Source: Nemertoderma westbladi
Taxonomy: Eukaryota > Animalia > Xenacoelomorpha
Length of the DNA stretch: 64,000 bases
Direction: 5' to 3'
Assembly (NCBI GenBank): GCA_032718475.1
Contig: JAUCBJ010001352.1
Location: 1-64,000 of the forward strand
Both the position numbers and the translations under genes were made by a program. Shown here one piece after another: positions 13,773-27,087 of the stretch. Under the pieces are notes generated by a model. The model did not search any database. It was not told where the DNA came from and worked only from the letters and a program-made list of their open reading frames with translations. The stretch's first letter is position 1. Each line of letters opens with the position of its first letter.

Positions 13773-13966
13773 AGGTCCGATAATCATACTATATTTCCTA
13801 TAATTGAGATAAGTTAATATGCCTTCCCTCATGTTCGGCCAAACCTTGATCCCATACCTCGCGATAGGTAAACAATACCTAATCTAAAGTTTACATTATA
13901 TATAATTTATAGATATTTTTCAGATTAACGAGGGAGCACTAGGGGGGGTTCGACTACTGTACTTAC

Positions 13967-15217
13967 CAATATGCCTGGATGTTTCAATGTAAATATTATC
14001 GATTTTGCAGTGGGGATTACGACTAGTTCGTGCTGCGGACCCAGCCTCCCGCCCTCGCATTCCGAGGTTCCGACTCCTAACCCTCGCATCTCTTGGTCCA
14101 AGTCTGGCGAGTTACTAAGAAAAGTCTGCGAGACAGACATTTTGCGCCGAATCGACCCATTAACTGGTACCATAGCCATGTCGTTACCGCTCTGTCGCGT
14201 CCGTTTGTCTGCGTCGAACGCTCTGTTATCGAATCCGGATACTCGGCGCGAGGAATTACTCCGTTGAGATTGACGATTGGATACGATGTCCACAGAAGGT
14301 ATTGCTAGTGGGTCTAAGTCGGGCTTCTGGGATAATAAATTACCGTTTGGTAGTGACAAAGATGACGGAGAGGTGCTTTTAAGCTCCTGTGATTCAGGTT
14401 GCTGTGGCAATGAGTTATTGATAGGGTCCTGTGATTCAGGTTGCTGTGTCAATGAGTTATTGATAGGGTCCTGTGTTCCAGGTTGCCTAGGCGCGGAGTT
14501 ATTGATAGGGTCCTGTGTTCCAGGTTGCCTAGGCGTGGATTTATTGATAGGGTCCTGTGTTTCAGGTTGCCTAGGCACGGAGTTATTGATAGGGTTCTGT
14601 GATTCAGGTTGCTGTGGCAATGAGTTATTGATTGGGTTCTGTGTTTCAGGTTGCCTAGGCACGGAGTTATTGATAGGGTTCTGTGATTTAGGTTGCTGTG
14701 GCAATGAGTTATTGATAGGGTCCTGTGTTTCAGGTTGCCTAGGCACTGAGTTATTGATAGGGTCCTGTGTTTCAGGTTGCCTAGGCACGGAGTTATTGAT
14801 AGGGTTCTGTGATTTAGGTTGCTGTGGCAATGAGTTATTGATAGGGTTCTGTGATTCAGGTTGCTGAATCAATGAGTTATTGATAGGGTTCTGTGTTTCA
14901 GGTTGCCTAGGCACGGAGTTATTGATAGGGTTCTGTGATTTAGGTTGCTGTGGCAATGAGTTATTGATAGGGTTCTGTGATTGTTGTTGCTGAGTCAATG
15001 AGTTATTGATGGGGTCCTGTGATTGTTGTTGCTGAGTCAATGAGTTATTGGTAGGGTCCTGTGATTGTTGTTGCTGAGTCAATGAGTTATTGATAGGGTC
15101 CTGTGATTGATGTTGCTGAGGCAATGAGTTATCGATAGTTTCATCTGATTGGTGTTGCCCAGACAACTCTGGCGGTTGAAGTGGCTCCGCAGCCATTGGT
15201 ACTAGAGCTCCACCCAT
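13967..15217 (-). CDS. Large alternative 5' coding exon of the anoctamin gene (417 codons, 18 x 14-aa Q/N/P/S-rich repeat)
   Basis: ATG-started open frame ending ...TLKHPGIL|gtaagt in phase 0; 42-bp repeat QDPINNSLPQQPES; paralogous to 20896-21737. Confidence 0.7.
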
Positions 15218-16562
15218 TGAGACTACTGCATCAATACGGATTCTACCAAATACCGAAGATATTGATGGAGGAGTTTAGTTCCCGTGCTGTAGCTAATGTG
15301 GGAGGTCTAATATCACACAGTTAACCGCCGTACAAAGGTAAGGTTCAAATGCAACGGCTCACAAAGTAACTAGTAACAGGTAAATGAATATGTGAATATA
15401 TGATAATATATAAATATGTTTTTACATGAATTACTTCATTATTAATTTGTATAAATTAATTAGTAACCTATCACTTGAGAGAAGATTACAGTGAATCGCA
15501 TTGCAATATAATAAAGTTGGAATACAGTAGAAATATTGTAAATTAAAAGAAAACGTTATAAATAAATATTAACTCATAAATGATACAAAATAATTTTAAT
15601 TGGAATTGTTGTTAGTTAATTTACTCTAAATAGAACTAACTCTATAGCCTCAGTAGATGTAGGAAGTCTTCTTCCATTCATCCGCTACTACGACAATGAC
15701 CAACAGGTGGTCCGCAATTACTCATTTTATATCCCTCCCATCCACCAATAATTGATAAAGGATCAACAACATAGAATTTTCGACTGATATTCCTCAACTA
15801 AACATTGTTTTAGTTTTATAAGACAATGTTTTAAATACTTAATGGTTTTGTAAAAATTTATAGTAACACAGTTAATTTTGTTTGTTTTAAGTTCTTAATT
15901 AAAGGTTGTTGCTATTTATATCGTTGTTGTTATTATCTATATGTATCATTGTATCTTACTTTCGTCTCAAAAACTCTGACGAGGAGGGCTGGGTTCACTC
16001 TCTAGCTCCCTACGCACAACCGAACATGGGGTACCAACACCTGTGGGCCAAGCCCAAACATTTCCACCAAATCTGTGATGGTTGCTTATGCAAATATTGC
16101 ACAAATGCAAAATATAAAAGCAATATTGTCATTGAACGAATTTCCAATACACTAAATACATATACATACATGGTCCGAAGTATTTTAGCAGTGTTATGAT
16201 CTTTGTATATGTATTTACACCGCCTACCTCAGTTTTATAATAATTGTTAGCAAAAATTGATAATTCGGTATAATAATTTATCTTGATCCATAAGTTAGTA
16301 ACCCTGAATGAATGACAATGACCAATATGGAAATTACTTTTATGTCAATAACCAATTGGCATCAACCAGCTGGTAAGGGAATCAATAAAAATTCCTTATT
16401 TCAAGGAAATTTAGCCACTATACCATTGATTTGATAGAAAAGATATATTCGGAGATCTCTAGAATGCATTGTGTATTCAAATAGCCATTATGTTTAAGTG
16501 ATAGTAAATAGGAGACGGGAGACGGGGTGTGGTATAAAGATTGAAACAAAAATATATAATGT

Positions 16563-17690
16563 CATCCTGGAAAGCCTATTCAAGGCTGCCCATGCCTTTC
16601 CCTTACGTATTCGAAGGTCCTCACCTGACTTCCGGATCCATGATCCCAGGTAACAGGAGTCGTCCACATGCTCAAGCATACCATCCTTTAAGCTTATGCT
16701 CATCCGATCAGAGACTTGCTGAGGACTTTCAAAGTTAACTGTCAAAATTTTGGTCTTTCTAGATTTAATAAAAAGACCAACATTAGAAGCAGCATGTTCT
16801 AATGAGCTGAGGAGAGGTTGGGCTCCCTCTAGTGATTCGGAGAGTACTCCTAAGTCAACAGCAAAGTCTAGATCAGTTAGGTACTTGGCAGGATTTCCTC
16901 GACTTCTGGAGCCAGTAGGTGGAGTTATCATCACCCCATCATCATTATGATGTTATAAGGACATGCGTAGAACATAGTCAACCACAATTATGAACAAGAA
17001 TGGTGCAAGTGTGTCTGTCTCCCTGGAGGACGCCCCATAACACTTCAAATGGTTCTGTGCCACCGTCAACAGTAAACACAAATGTTGTCGAACCATCGTA
17101 TACTGATCTGATTGCTGCAATAATTTCATCAGGAATCCCATATAATGAAAGTATGCTGAACATACGTGAGCGAGAGACTGAATCAAGGCCTTGAAGAATT
17201 CAACAAAGATAACAGCCAGATGCCTGTCTTTCTTTTTTGATAACTCTTCAATTATCCTTCTAAGTGCCAAATTTGGCTCCATGGTCCCACGACCTTTACG
17301 GAACTCATTCTGATTTCCACGGAACAGTCTCTCAATGGGATCCCTGATGCGATTTAATATAATTATATTGTATAGCTTTGCAGCAATCGAGATCAATGAG
17401 ATTCCCCGAAAAGAACCATAGAGTGTTAGGTTGCCCTTCTTGGGAACTGGCACCAACTTATTTGTTTTCATTTCTTGTGGGACTCTTGTTGTACGGTACA
17501 TGTCTACTATGATGGGATAGATGAGCTTTAAACACTCAGGTATTTTAAAGACCTCAGGGGGAACACCATCTACTCCACTGGCACGATTGGTCTTAATGCT
17601 CTTTGCAGCAGCCTTCACTTCTGCAAAGGAGATATCGCCAATGTGAATATCTGGGAGTACAGACTCAGACACTTTTACTTTTACAATGAT
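16563..17690 (-). mobile_element. Second decayed RTE-like RT copy
   Basis: ASGVDGVPPE, PVPKKGNLT..FRGISLISIAAKLY, GVLQGD, TLAPFLFIIVVDYVLR, LTDLDFAVD and YLGSWI; clearly similar in DNA to 10750-11597. Confidence 0.92.
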
Positions 17691-18049
17691 GTAGGTCATT
17701 GTGTTACATAATGTCAACTTATCGGAGTTCTGGAATATTGTAATGTTTAGAAATAATTATGAAATTAATATAACCATTTCTGCTACTAATTCCTGTTACT
17801 AGAACAACTGCGAGGTTAACAATTTTCAATCATATGCTACGAAAGTCGGTATGGTGATAGTTCGACAACTTGTCTTACTTACACCTTCTTGTTGGTCTGA
17901 AAGTTCTGCATGTTTTATAATTTTTGATTTATTTAGCTTCAACAAGCCCTAAAAAATGCCTATTAGGCAATATTTAGCCACCTCTGTCGGCTTTATTTTT
18001 CGCCTTTTGAATGCAATCAGAAAATTTGGAGGTGCATAGGAAACATGGA

Positions 18050-19446
18050 TTCACAAAGATGGATATCTGCTCAGCCTTCGATAACGTTGAAGACCACATC
18101 ATCTTTAATAAGCTGTCAGAGTTTGTAAATCCTCATATATGTTCTGTACTAATTCATTATTAAATTGTAACCCATCTTCACGTGAAGTTCGGAGCTTTGG
18201 TGGACACCAAAGGTATGAAGCCTATCAGGGGTTTGAAACAACGGTCCCTGATATCTCCAATTCTCTTTTGCTTTTATATAGGAGATGTATTGAATGCTCT
18301 GCAGGACGAGGGTTACGGTTACGACCTCATGAATCTATGGATAGACCTGATCTGCTATACAGATGATATTCTTATTCTGGGGAAAAATATAAAGGAGGTG
18401 GTGAAGATTATGGTTGAACTCATAATTAGGGAATTTAATAAGTTATGATTGGACATCGAGGCATCGAAATCTGAGTGGTCTAATCTTCTAGGTGCAGGTT
18501 GTCAGACCCAATCTATGCCCTGTTTCATAAATATTAAGGGGACCCTCATTCCACCTAACGCCACACTGTCTTTCCTAGGTGTAAAAGTTAACCTCAAGAC
18601 TTCAGACAGGCTCAGTGAATGTATGTATAAAGACTACCACAATTCTATCCGAGACCTTCCACAGAAGAGGATGGACTCTCAAATGGTTATCCCTGGACTC
18701 ACTATCTCGGCTATGGAATGGAATTGCACTACCAGCGATCCCTTACATCTATTGAAGCTGACACATTGGACATATGCTACCGTAAGGTTCTACGTAGTCT
18801 AATGCATGTTGGACCATATCTCTCAAATAGTTGTACCTACACTCTACTGAAGACCAAACCAATTAGTACGTCTATTTTCTGCGATGTCATTGGATGTATT
18901 CAGAGGGCAGCTTTCTGTCCAAACAAGATGTTGAGTTCTATTATTTGTGCAAGCGTGCCAGTCTACGGTGCTCCTATGAAGCTGGGTTGAAGTATTTCCC
19001 GTTACCTACACTTACTTCACTACTCTTCTCGAGGTACAGTATTAAGACTCTCCGTACCCAGGTTTTACCCGGCTGTTTAACTTTGTCCGATATGATCAAT
19101 GTGGACTTTGTTCTAAATTGCTTGCGCTGTAATATTTATTTTCCCAGCAAAGACAAAAGCATCCAGGAATTCCTCAATCAATCACGCGTGGTGTAATCTG
19201 CATCATCATCTTTTAGTTTCTGATTTATGACTTACTCCCCAATGGTGATCCCACCCATCATATCATATTTTATGGTAGTGCACTTTGTTTATAGTTGCAC
19301 TTAATGACCAACCCTTATACAATGTATCGTGAATTTTACTACCATATGTATGTACAGAAGTAAGCCTTCTATTCCATTGGTGCCATTGGATTTTATCTTT
19401 TAATTTTAATTTGCCGGCGTTGCCCGGATTATTAATAAATAATAAT
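18050..19446 (+). mobile_element. Decayed 5'-truncated LINE (RT remnant to 3' end)
   Basis: GLKQRSLISPILF, LICYTDDILI and LSFLGV remnants across frameshifts; ends in AATAAATAATAAT. Confidence 0.75.
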
Positions 19447-20895
19447 ATCTAGATAACATTCCAAAGACGGAAAACAAAGCCGACATAGATGGTTAAAAAT
19501 TACCTAATAGGCATATTAAAGACTTTATAATTTGAAAATTAAAAATTCTGACGAGGCTAGCGGTAAGAAAAGGAATCGATACCATCGTACCAAATTTCGC
19601 AGTTTGATTGAAATTTCTGTAGATTTTCCAGCAATAAATATATCTTACTCTACAAATATATTTTGGAGCATAGGACTTTTGTCATTTACTCACAAAAAAC
19701 TTTTGTTACATTGTGTCAACTTATCATCGTTCTGGTGATATCCTGTAAAGTAGCCCAGTAATCACTACCTTAGTAACAATAAACTTCTAAAACACGTCTT
19801 GAGTATTCTCCATTGACGATACCCATTGTAGCTTAGTGTAAGATTATCCCGAATTTAGTTCCTTGAATTCGCGTTTCTCGACCTTGAAATTAATTCTGCG
19901 ACCAGGAAAACCCCTATAGCTAAACTTTTAGGTAGCTGGTGTGCCCTTTTCTTAGATTTTAACGGACAGACTGTCGGACAGTCAGATAGACCGACAGACA
20001 GACTTACAGACAAACTAGATTCCATTCAAAGTGAAAACTGAAAAGGCAATTATCTTGGAATAGTATATTTTAATTTTTAAATCACTACACCTCCGCCCTT
20101 TTTCACCCAATGCCAAAATACATTTTTGGTATCAAATGAAATCTTTTCGCGCGCGCAATAATAAAATTCGATCATTATTTTAAATTTTGCAATTGTTCAT
20201 CTGTTATAACTTGTTTTACAAAAAAACACAGTGCTTTATTTGAAATTGTTAAATTAATTTTTAAAATTCATTCAGAACGCCGATAAGTTGACGTAAAGTA
20301 AAAAATTACATAGGCCCTACCCTACACCATTGGGCAAGAGGCAACGAGTCATTGATATTCACCATTGGGCGTTTATGATCCTTGTATGTTTATGTAAACT
20401 TCCCTCGCTGCGCTCGCTCGCTATAGTTATTGGTAATTTTGTCATAATTACAAAATACATTTTTATTGACATTTTTTGGCATTAACGATGTAATTAAGAA
20501 ACAAAACAATATAGTTTGAATTGATTGCGAATTACAGAGTTTTTTTGCCATATTGACTCGACAATAAGTTTACATAATTTAAAATAACATTTCGCGGCAC
20601 AATCAGTTGATGTCGTCAAATTTCGCAACATGTTTTATTTATTCCTTGAATTTCGCGGCACAATATTACTTTATGACGCAAAATGGGGACATTTCCCGGT
20701 AAATTTAGTCTATGCTGTGACAGTAGTAAAATATTTAGTTTATCAGGTGCAATTGTATAATTTCGCTGCAGGTTTAAATTATGCCGTAAATTTAGCAGCA
20801 CTTTACGATTGAGGCGTGAAATTTCGAGGTTGATGAAATTTATGTCGTGAAATTTCGCGGCATAAAGGTAAGCCATTTTCGCGGCGTTAACTTAC

Positions 20896-21737
20896 CAGTA
20901 TTCCGGGTCGCTTCAACCTGAAGAGAGTTGAGTTACCCGGAGTTGTACAGGACAACTCCAGCAACATACCCAACCCACAGTGCTTATCGTCCCTAACCGG
21001 CGCGAACCCCATATCGGTAGGTCGCCACACCGGTGCGCCCATCTCGCCGAGTTCCTCTTCCACACAGTCGCCCCGCTTCGTACACGGTTTCGTGACGGGG
21101 AGTTTCTTATTAGCGGCCGGTCGCGGTCGGCGGTCCGATATGTACGCGCGATTATCGTAAGTTTCTCGAAGTAGCGAAGAGTTATGACGTTTCGGTTGGT
21201 GGTTGGTTGATAAATCCTTCCCGCTAGAGGGCGTTGTGGAGTCATTACTGGGGAAAATTGCATATGGTGTTTGTGATTGGTGTTGCTTTGGTAACTTGTT
21301 ATTAGAGTTATTACCAGCTGATGATTGGTTTTGTTGTGGCAACTTGTTATTCGAGTTAGTTTTAGTAGGAGTTTGTGATTCGAGTTTATGTGGCAACGAG
21401 TTGTTATTTGAAGCTGATTTTGATTGGTGTTGATGCGGGGGCAGTGTGGCAGTATCTTCTGGAGCAACAGGCTTCGATTCCAGCGACCCAGCCATCGGCG
21501 ATGTTGAATGTAAAACCGGGTTCTGTTTTCGTTCGCTTGGTGGTGTAACAACAGTGGCAGCGAGATCGAGTAACCGAGGTTTATTTGGTTTCGGTTTCGG
21601 TTTCGGTTTTTCTTTATCATCGAAGGAACTAAAGGAAAACACATTGGTCGGACTCCTTTTGGATTGCGGTTGCTTAGAAACGCGACTAGAAGAGGAAGTG
21701 ACGTTGAGGCCACGCAAGTTGTTAAAAAAATCCAGAT
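20896..21737 (-). CDS. Second large alternative coding exon of the anoctamin gene (S/P/N/K-rich, ends FRLKRPGIL)
   Basis: ctcgctttcttag|ATCTGGAT acceptor (phase 1), 842 nt open, CTG|gtaagt donor (phase 0). An internal ATG (MAGSLESKP) is also available. Paralogous to 13967-15217. Confidence 0.7.
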
Positions 21738-21983
21738 CTAAGAAAGCGAGTGTTAATTACGTAATTTCAACTCGATAAAATTATATCGTTGATGGGGTTA
21801 TGGAATAAAATAATTAAGCAATTTGAATAAACTATAAAGTAGAAACTTGTATATTACATCCAGTATATTAATTCATCTTGCTTTGTGTAGAAATTCATTT
21901 TCAAACTGAAATATATGTAAATATCAAACTGTTATACTCTCCCGTCAGTATATATATCATCATCCCAGACCAAGCAAACTGAT

Positions 21984-22208
21984 GGGTGTAAACGCTACGC
22001 CGACAACCGACAGCCGACAACCACTGCCGACAACAGCAAATATGAAAATTAAACCTGAATTCGAGACTCTCGTTTATTGTTTTGGTTAGAATAAACTTCC
22101 ACTGTAACCTGTTCCTTTCCCTCAATTAATAAATAACATTAATTAGCTTTAATAATGGTTGTCGGCGTTGCTTGTCGGTAGTCGGTTGTCGGCGTAGCGT
22201 TTACACCC
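21984..22208. mobile_element. MITE with terminal inverted repeats
   Basis: GGGTGTAAACGCTACGCCGACAACCGAC ... GTCGGTTGTCGGCGTAGCGTTTACACCC. Confidence 0.8.
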
Positions 22209-22239
22209 CAAACTAACGAATACTAATGTCTTTAATAAT

Positions 22240-25200
22240 CCACGAAGCTAAGGAAAATCAACTACTTTCGCTAAGAAAGATTTTCCTTAGCTGAGATGGT
22301 CTATTCATAGTGGGCTATTTTACTTGTATGAGGCAGATTTGGTTTTTTTTGATTCCGGAAAAAACTAGCCTTTAAAAGTACCCTGAAATTTTGCATGTAT
22401 GTACTACTCGTCGAGGCGCATCGTGTGGGATGGGTCTCATATCCAGGAAAAATCTGGTTTCCATGGCAACGGACTTAAAAAAAAGTCTATGTATTTCAAG
22501 TCAATATTTATAACTCTATTTGTAGGAAAACTATAATAGATATAAACTTGGGGTTTCTCAACTCAACTATAAGGTCCATAGCAGAGCCGATTGAGGTTAA
22601 ATAGAAAATCCAGTTACCTTGGCAACCAGGCTAAACAGATGTTAAAATTTATAAAATGTTAATTTGAGGCCTAAGGGCAAGGTGTTATGACTTGGGACCA
22701 ACCCCACCCTCACTATATAACTTATTCTGCATCCGAATTACATTGTTCTATTTTTCAGTTACCATGACAACCGCTGAAAACAGATGTTTTTATTCAAAAC
22801 TTATTCATTTGGACATAGACTTCACGATGAAATTTTACAAAACTGGGTATGTGTTATCTGGACCACGAGTTGGAACTTTTAGTGAAACTTAAATTATTCC
22901 AGAAATTTACTTACCATGGTAACTGTAGTTTATTAAACTCTATATCATTCAAATCTATATTGATAACTCTATTTGTAGCAAAACTGTAATATATATAAAC
23001 TTGGGGTTTTGCAACTCATCTATAAGATCCATATCCAAGCCGTTTGAGGTTAATTAGAAAATACAGTTACCATAGCAACAAGTCTAGACAGATGTTAAAA
23101 TTTATAAAATGATAATTTGAAGCACAAGTTAATAGTATTATGACTTGGGACTAACCCCTACCCCCACAATATGACTTATTCTGCATCCGAATTACATTGT
23201 TCTATTTTTCAGTTTCCATGACAACCACTGCAAACAGATGCAATTTGATAGAAAATCGGTAATCTGGACATAAACTACAATATTTTCTGAAACTCAGTAT
23301 ATGTGTTATCTGAACCACAATCTGGACTGAATTTTTTTTCAAAGGTCAAAGCAACAGTTCCAGAGAACTCTAGTTTCCATGGGAATAGAAGTTAATTATT
23401 GACAATTGCTACTAAACGAGGCTAAGCAACGAACCAAAGTGTGGCCGTTTGTTTAATTTTCCTTAGCTTCGTGGTTGCATTTCCTTTAGGAAATGCCTTT
23501 CTCGTATTATATTATAATCTTTATCCACGAAGCTAAGGAAAATCAACTACTTTCGCTAAGAAAGATTTTCCTTAGCTGAGATGGTCTATTCATAGTGGGC
23601 TGTTTTACTTGTATGGGGCAGATTTAGTGTTTTTTGACTCCAGAAAAAACTAGCCTTTAAAAGTACCCTGAAATTTTGCATGTATATACTACTCGTCGAG
23701 GCGCATCTTTTGGGCTGGGTCTCATATCCAGGAAAAATCTGGTTTCCATGGCAACGGACTTAGAAAAAAGTCTATGTATTTCAAGTCAATATTTATAACT
23801 CTATTTGTAGGAAAACTATAATACATATAAACTTGGGGTTTCTCAACTCAACTATAAGGTCCATAGCAGAGCCGATTGAGGTTAAATAGAAAATCCAGTT
23901 ACCTAGGCAACCGGGCTAAACAGATGTTAAAATTTTTAAAATGTTAATTTGAAGCCTAAGGTTAAGGTGTGATGACTTCGGACCAATCCCTACCCCCACT
24001 ATATAACTTATTCTGCGTCCGAATTTGATTGTTCTATTTTGCAGTTACCATGACAACCGCTGAAAACAGATGTTTTTATACAACAATTATTCATTTGGAC
24101 ATAGACTTCACGATAAAATTTTACAAAACTGGGTATGTGTTATCTGGACCACTAGTTGGAACTTTTAGTGAAACTCAAAACATTCCAGAAATATCTAGTT
24201 ACCATGGTAACTGGAACTTATTAAAGTCAATATCATTCAAGTCTATATTGTTAACTCTTGTTTGTAGGAAAACTGTATTAGATATAAATATTGGGTTTCC
24301 CAACTCAACTATAAGGAAGGTCCTTAGAGGAGCCAATTGTGGTTAATTAGAAAATCCAGTTACCTTGGTAACCAGGTTAAACAGATGTTATAATTTAAAA
24401 AAATTATAATTAGAAACACAAGTTAAAGGCATTATGACTTGGGACCAACCCCTACCACCATAATATCACTTATTCTGCATCCAATCTACGTTTTTCTATT
24501 TGCCAGTTACCTTGACAACCACTGCAAACAGACTTTTTAACAAATTATTAATTAATTTTGCACATAAACTACTCAATGAAGCTTCCTTGAAGTCGATGTG
24601 TCACCTGGAACCACAAACTAGATCGTAATGTAAAACTCAGCATTTCTAGAAAAGTCCAGTTACCTTGGCAATACCGGGAGTTCTTTTAACTCGGTAAATC
24701 AATGAACTGATGAGTCAAAGAGTGTTTAATTTTCCTTAGCTTCGTGGTTGCATTTCCTTTAGGAAATGCCTTTCTAGTTAATTTGAAGCCTAAGGTTAAG
24801 GTGTTATGACTTGGGACCAACCCCTACCCCCACTATATAACTTATTCTGCGTCCGTATTTCATTGTTCAATTTTGAAGTTACCATGACAACCGCTGTAAA
24901 CATCCACGAAGCTAAGGAAAATCAACTACTTTCGCTAAGAAAGATTTTCCTTAGCTGAGATGGTCTATTCATAGTGGGCTATTTTACTTGTATGGAGCAG
25001 ATTTAGTGTTTTTTGATAGGTGAAAAAACTAGCCTTTAAAAGTACCCTGAAAATTTGCATGTATGTACTACTCGTCGAGGCGCATCGTGTGGGCCGGGTC
25101 TCATATCCAGGAAAAATCTGGTTTCCATGGCAATGGACTTAAAAAAAAGTCTATGTATTTCAAGTCAATATTTATAACTCTATTTGTAGGAAAACTATAA

Positions 25201-26545
25201 TAGATATACACTTGGGGTTTCTCATCTCAACTATATGGTCCATTGCTGAGCTGATTGAGGTTAAATAGAAAATCAAGTCCACGAAGCTAAGGAAAATCAA
25301 CTACTTTCGCTAAGAAAGATTTTCCTTAGCTGAGATGGTCTATTCATAGTGGGCTATTTTACTTGTATGGGGCAGATTTGGGGTTTTTTGGTCGGGGAAA
25401 AAACTAGCCTTTAAAAGTACCCTGAAATTTTGCATGTATATACTACTCGTCGAGGCGCATCGTGTGGGATGGGTCTCATATCCAGGAAAAATCTGGTTTC
25501 CATGGCAACGGACTTAGAAAAAAGTCTATGTATTTCAAGTCAATATTTGTAACTCTATTTGTAGGAAAACTATAATACATATAAACTTGGGGTTTCTCAA
25601 CACAACTATAAGGTCCATAGCAGAGCCGATTGAGGTTAAATAGAAAATCCAGTTACCTTGGCAACCGGGCTAAACAGATGTTAAAATTTTTAAAATGTTA
25701 ATTTGAAGCCTAAGGTTAAGGTGTGATGACTTGGGACCAATCCCTACCCCCACTATATAACTTATTCTGCGTCCGAATTTGATTGTTCTATTTTGCAGTT
25801 ACCTTGACAACCGCTGAAAACAGATGTTTTTATACGAAAATTATTCATTTGTACATAGACTTCACGATAAAATTTTACGAAACTAGGTATGTGTTATCTG
25901 GACCAGTAGTTGGAACTTTTAGTGAAACTCAAAACATTCCAGAAATATCTAGTTACCATGGTAACTGTAGTTTTTTTAAAGTTATATATCATTCAAGTCT
26001 ATAATCATAACTCTATTTGGAGAAAAACTGTAATATATATAAACTTGGGGTTTTGCAACTCATCTATAAGGTCCATATACAAGCCGTTCGAAGTTATTTA
26101 GAAAATCCATTTACCATAGCAACAAGAGTAAACAGATGTTAAAATTAATAAAATGATAATTTGAAGCACAATTTAATAGTATTATGACTTGGGACCAACA
26201 CCTACCCCCACTATATGACTTATTCTGCATCCGAATTACATTGTTCTATTTTTCAGTTTCCATGACAACCACTGCAAACAGATGCATTTTGATAGAAAAT
26301 CTGTAATTTGGACATAAACTACAATATTTTCTGAAACTCGATGTGTTATCTGAAAAACAATCTGGACTGAATCTTTTTTCAAAGGTAAAACCAACAGTTC
26401 CAGAGAACTCTAGTTTCCATGGGAATAGAAGTTATTTATTGGCAAATGCTACTAAACTAGGCTAAGCAACGAACCAAATTGTGGCCGTTTGTTTAATTTT
26501 CCTTAGCTTCGTGGTTGCATTTCCTTTAGGAAATGCCTTTCTCGT
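22240..26545 (+). mobile_element. Cluster of non-autonomous Helentron-type (HINE-like) elements, ~1.26-kb unit
   Basis: Copies at 22240-23505, 23525-24778, 24904-25278 (truncated) and 25279-26545. Full copies start CCACGAAGCTAAGGAAAAT and end ATTTTCCTTAGCTTCGTGG (subterminal inverted repeat) + hairpin GCATTTCCTTTAGGAAATGC + CTTTCT(C/A)GT; internal subrepeats. Confidence 0.8.
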
Positions 26546-26579
26546 AATATTACATAATAATGTAGTATTTAAATAATGT

Positions 26580-26845
26580 CACAATAATAATAATAAACCA
26601 TGTTTCGGTTCTAAAGCGCTGTTAAATTCCCAAGATTGTGTCCGAACGTTTAGTTTAGATTTAGTAAAGCCCTATTAAAGAGTTCGGTTTTTAGAAGGCT
26701 GCGGAAAGTTGTCAGATTAGTGGCGGTTCGAGTTTGAAAATGGAGACTGTTGGAACGGCGGCGTCGGGCGCCGAATGTTTTAAGTTTGAAATTTGGTACT
26801 TTTAGAGTCCAAAGGAGTTCCGTTGGTGTAAGTAGATCTAGGATG
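26580..26845 (-). mobile_element. L2-like LINE 3' end fragment
   Basis: Minus strand remnants VPNFKLKTFGAR and TTFRSLLKTELFNRAL, followed by a short UTR and an (ATT)n tail. Confidence 0.6.
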
Positions 26846-27087
26846 AACAGGGTGATCCAACTCCTTTAGTAGTACTTTAAATTCTAATAACTCCGTCTCA
26901 ATTTAATAAAAATATATCATTTTGGCATCACTTAAAATATGTATATTGTGTAGTGTGGTAGTCATAGTAAGTTTTGTTTTGTTCAGTTTTCAAGTAACAT
27001 TTTGAATAAACCATCCATAGGTGCACCGCAGATTCGTCAATAAGTGATCCGGAGATATAACCGATGCAGTTTACCAAAGTTACAACT

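Noticed and set aside
14277-14867. Cys/Gly-rich 196-aa plus-strand ORF
   Set aside because: Antisense shadow of the 42-bp coding repeat on the minus strand.
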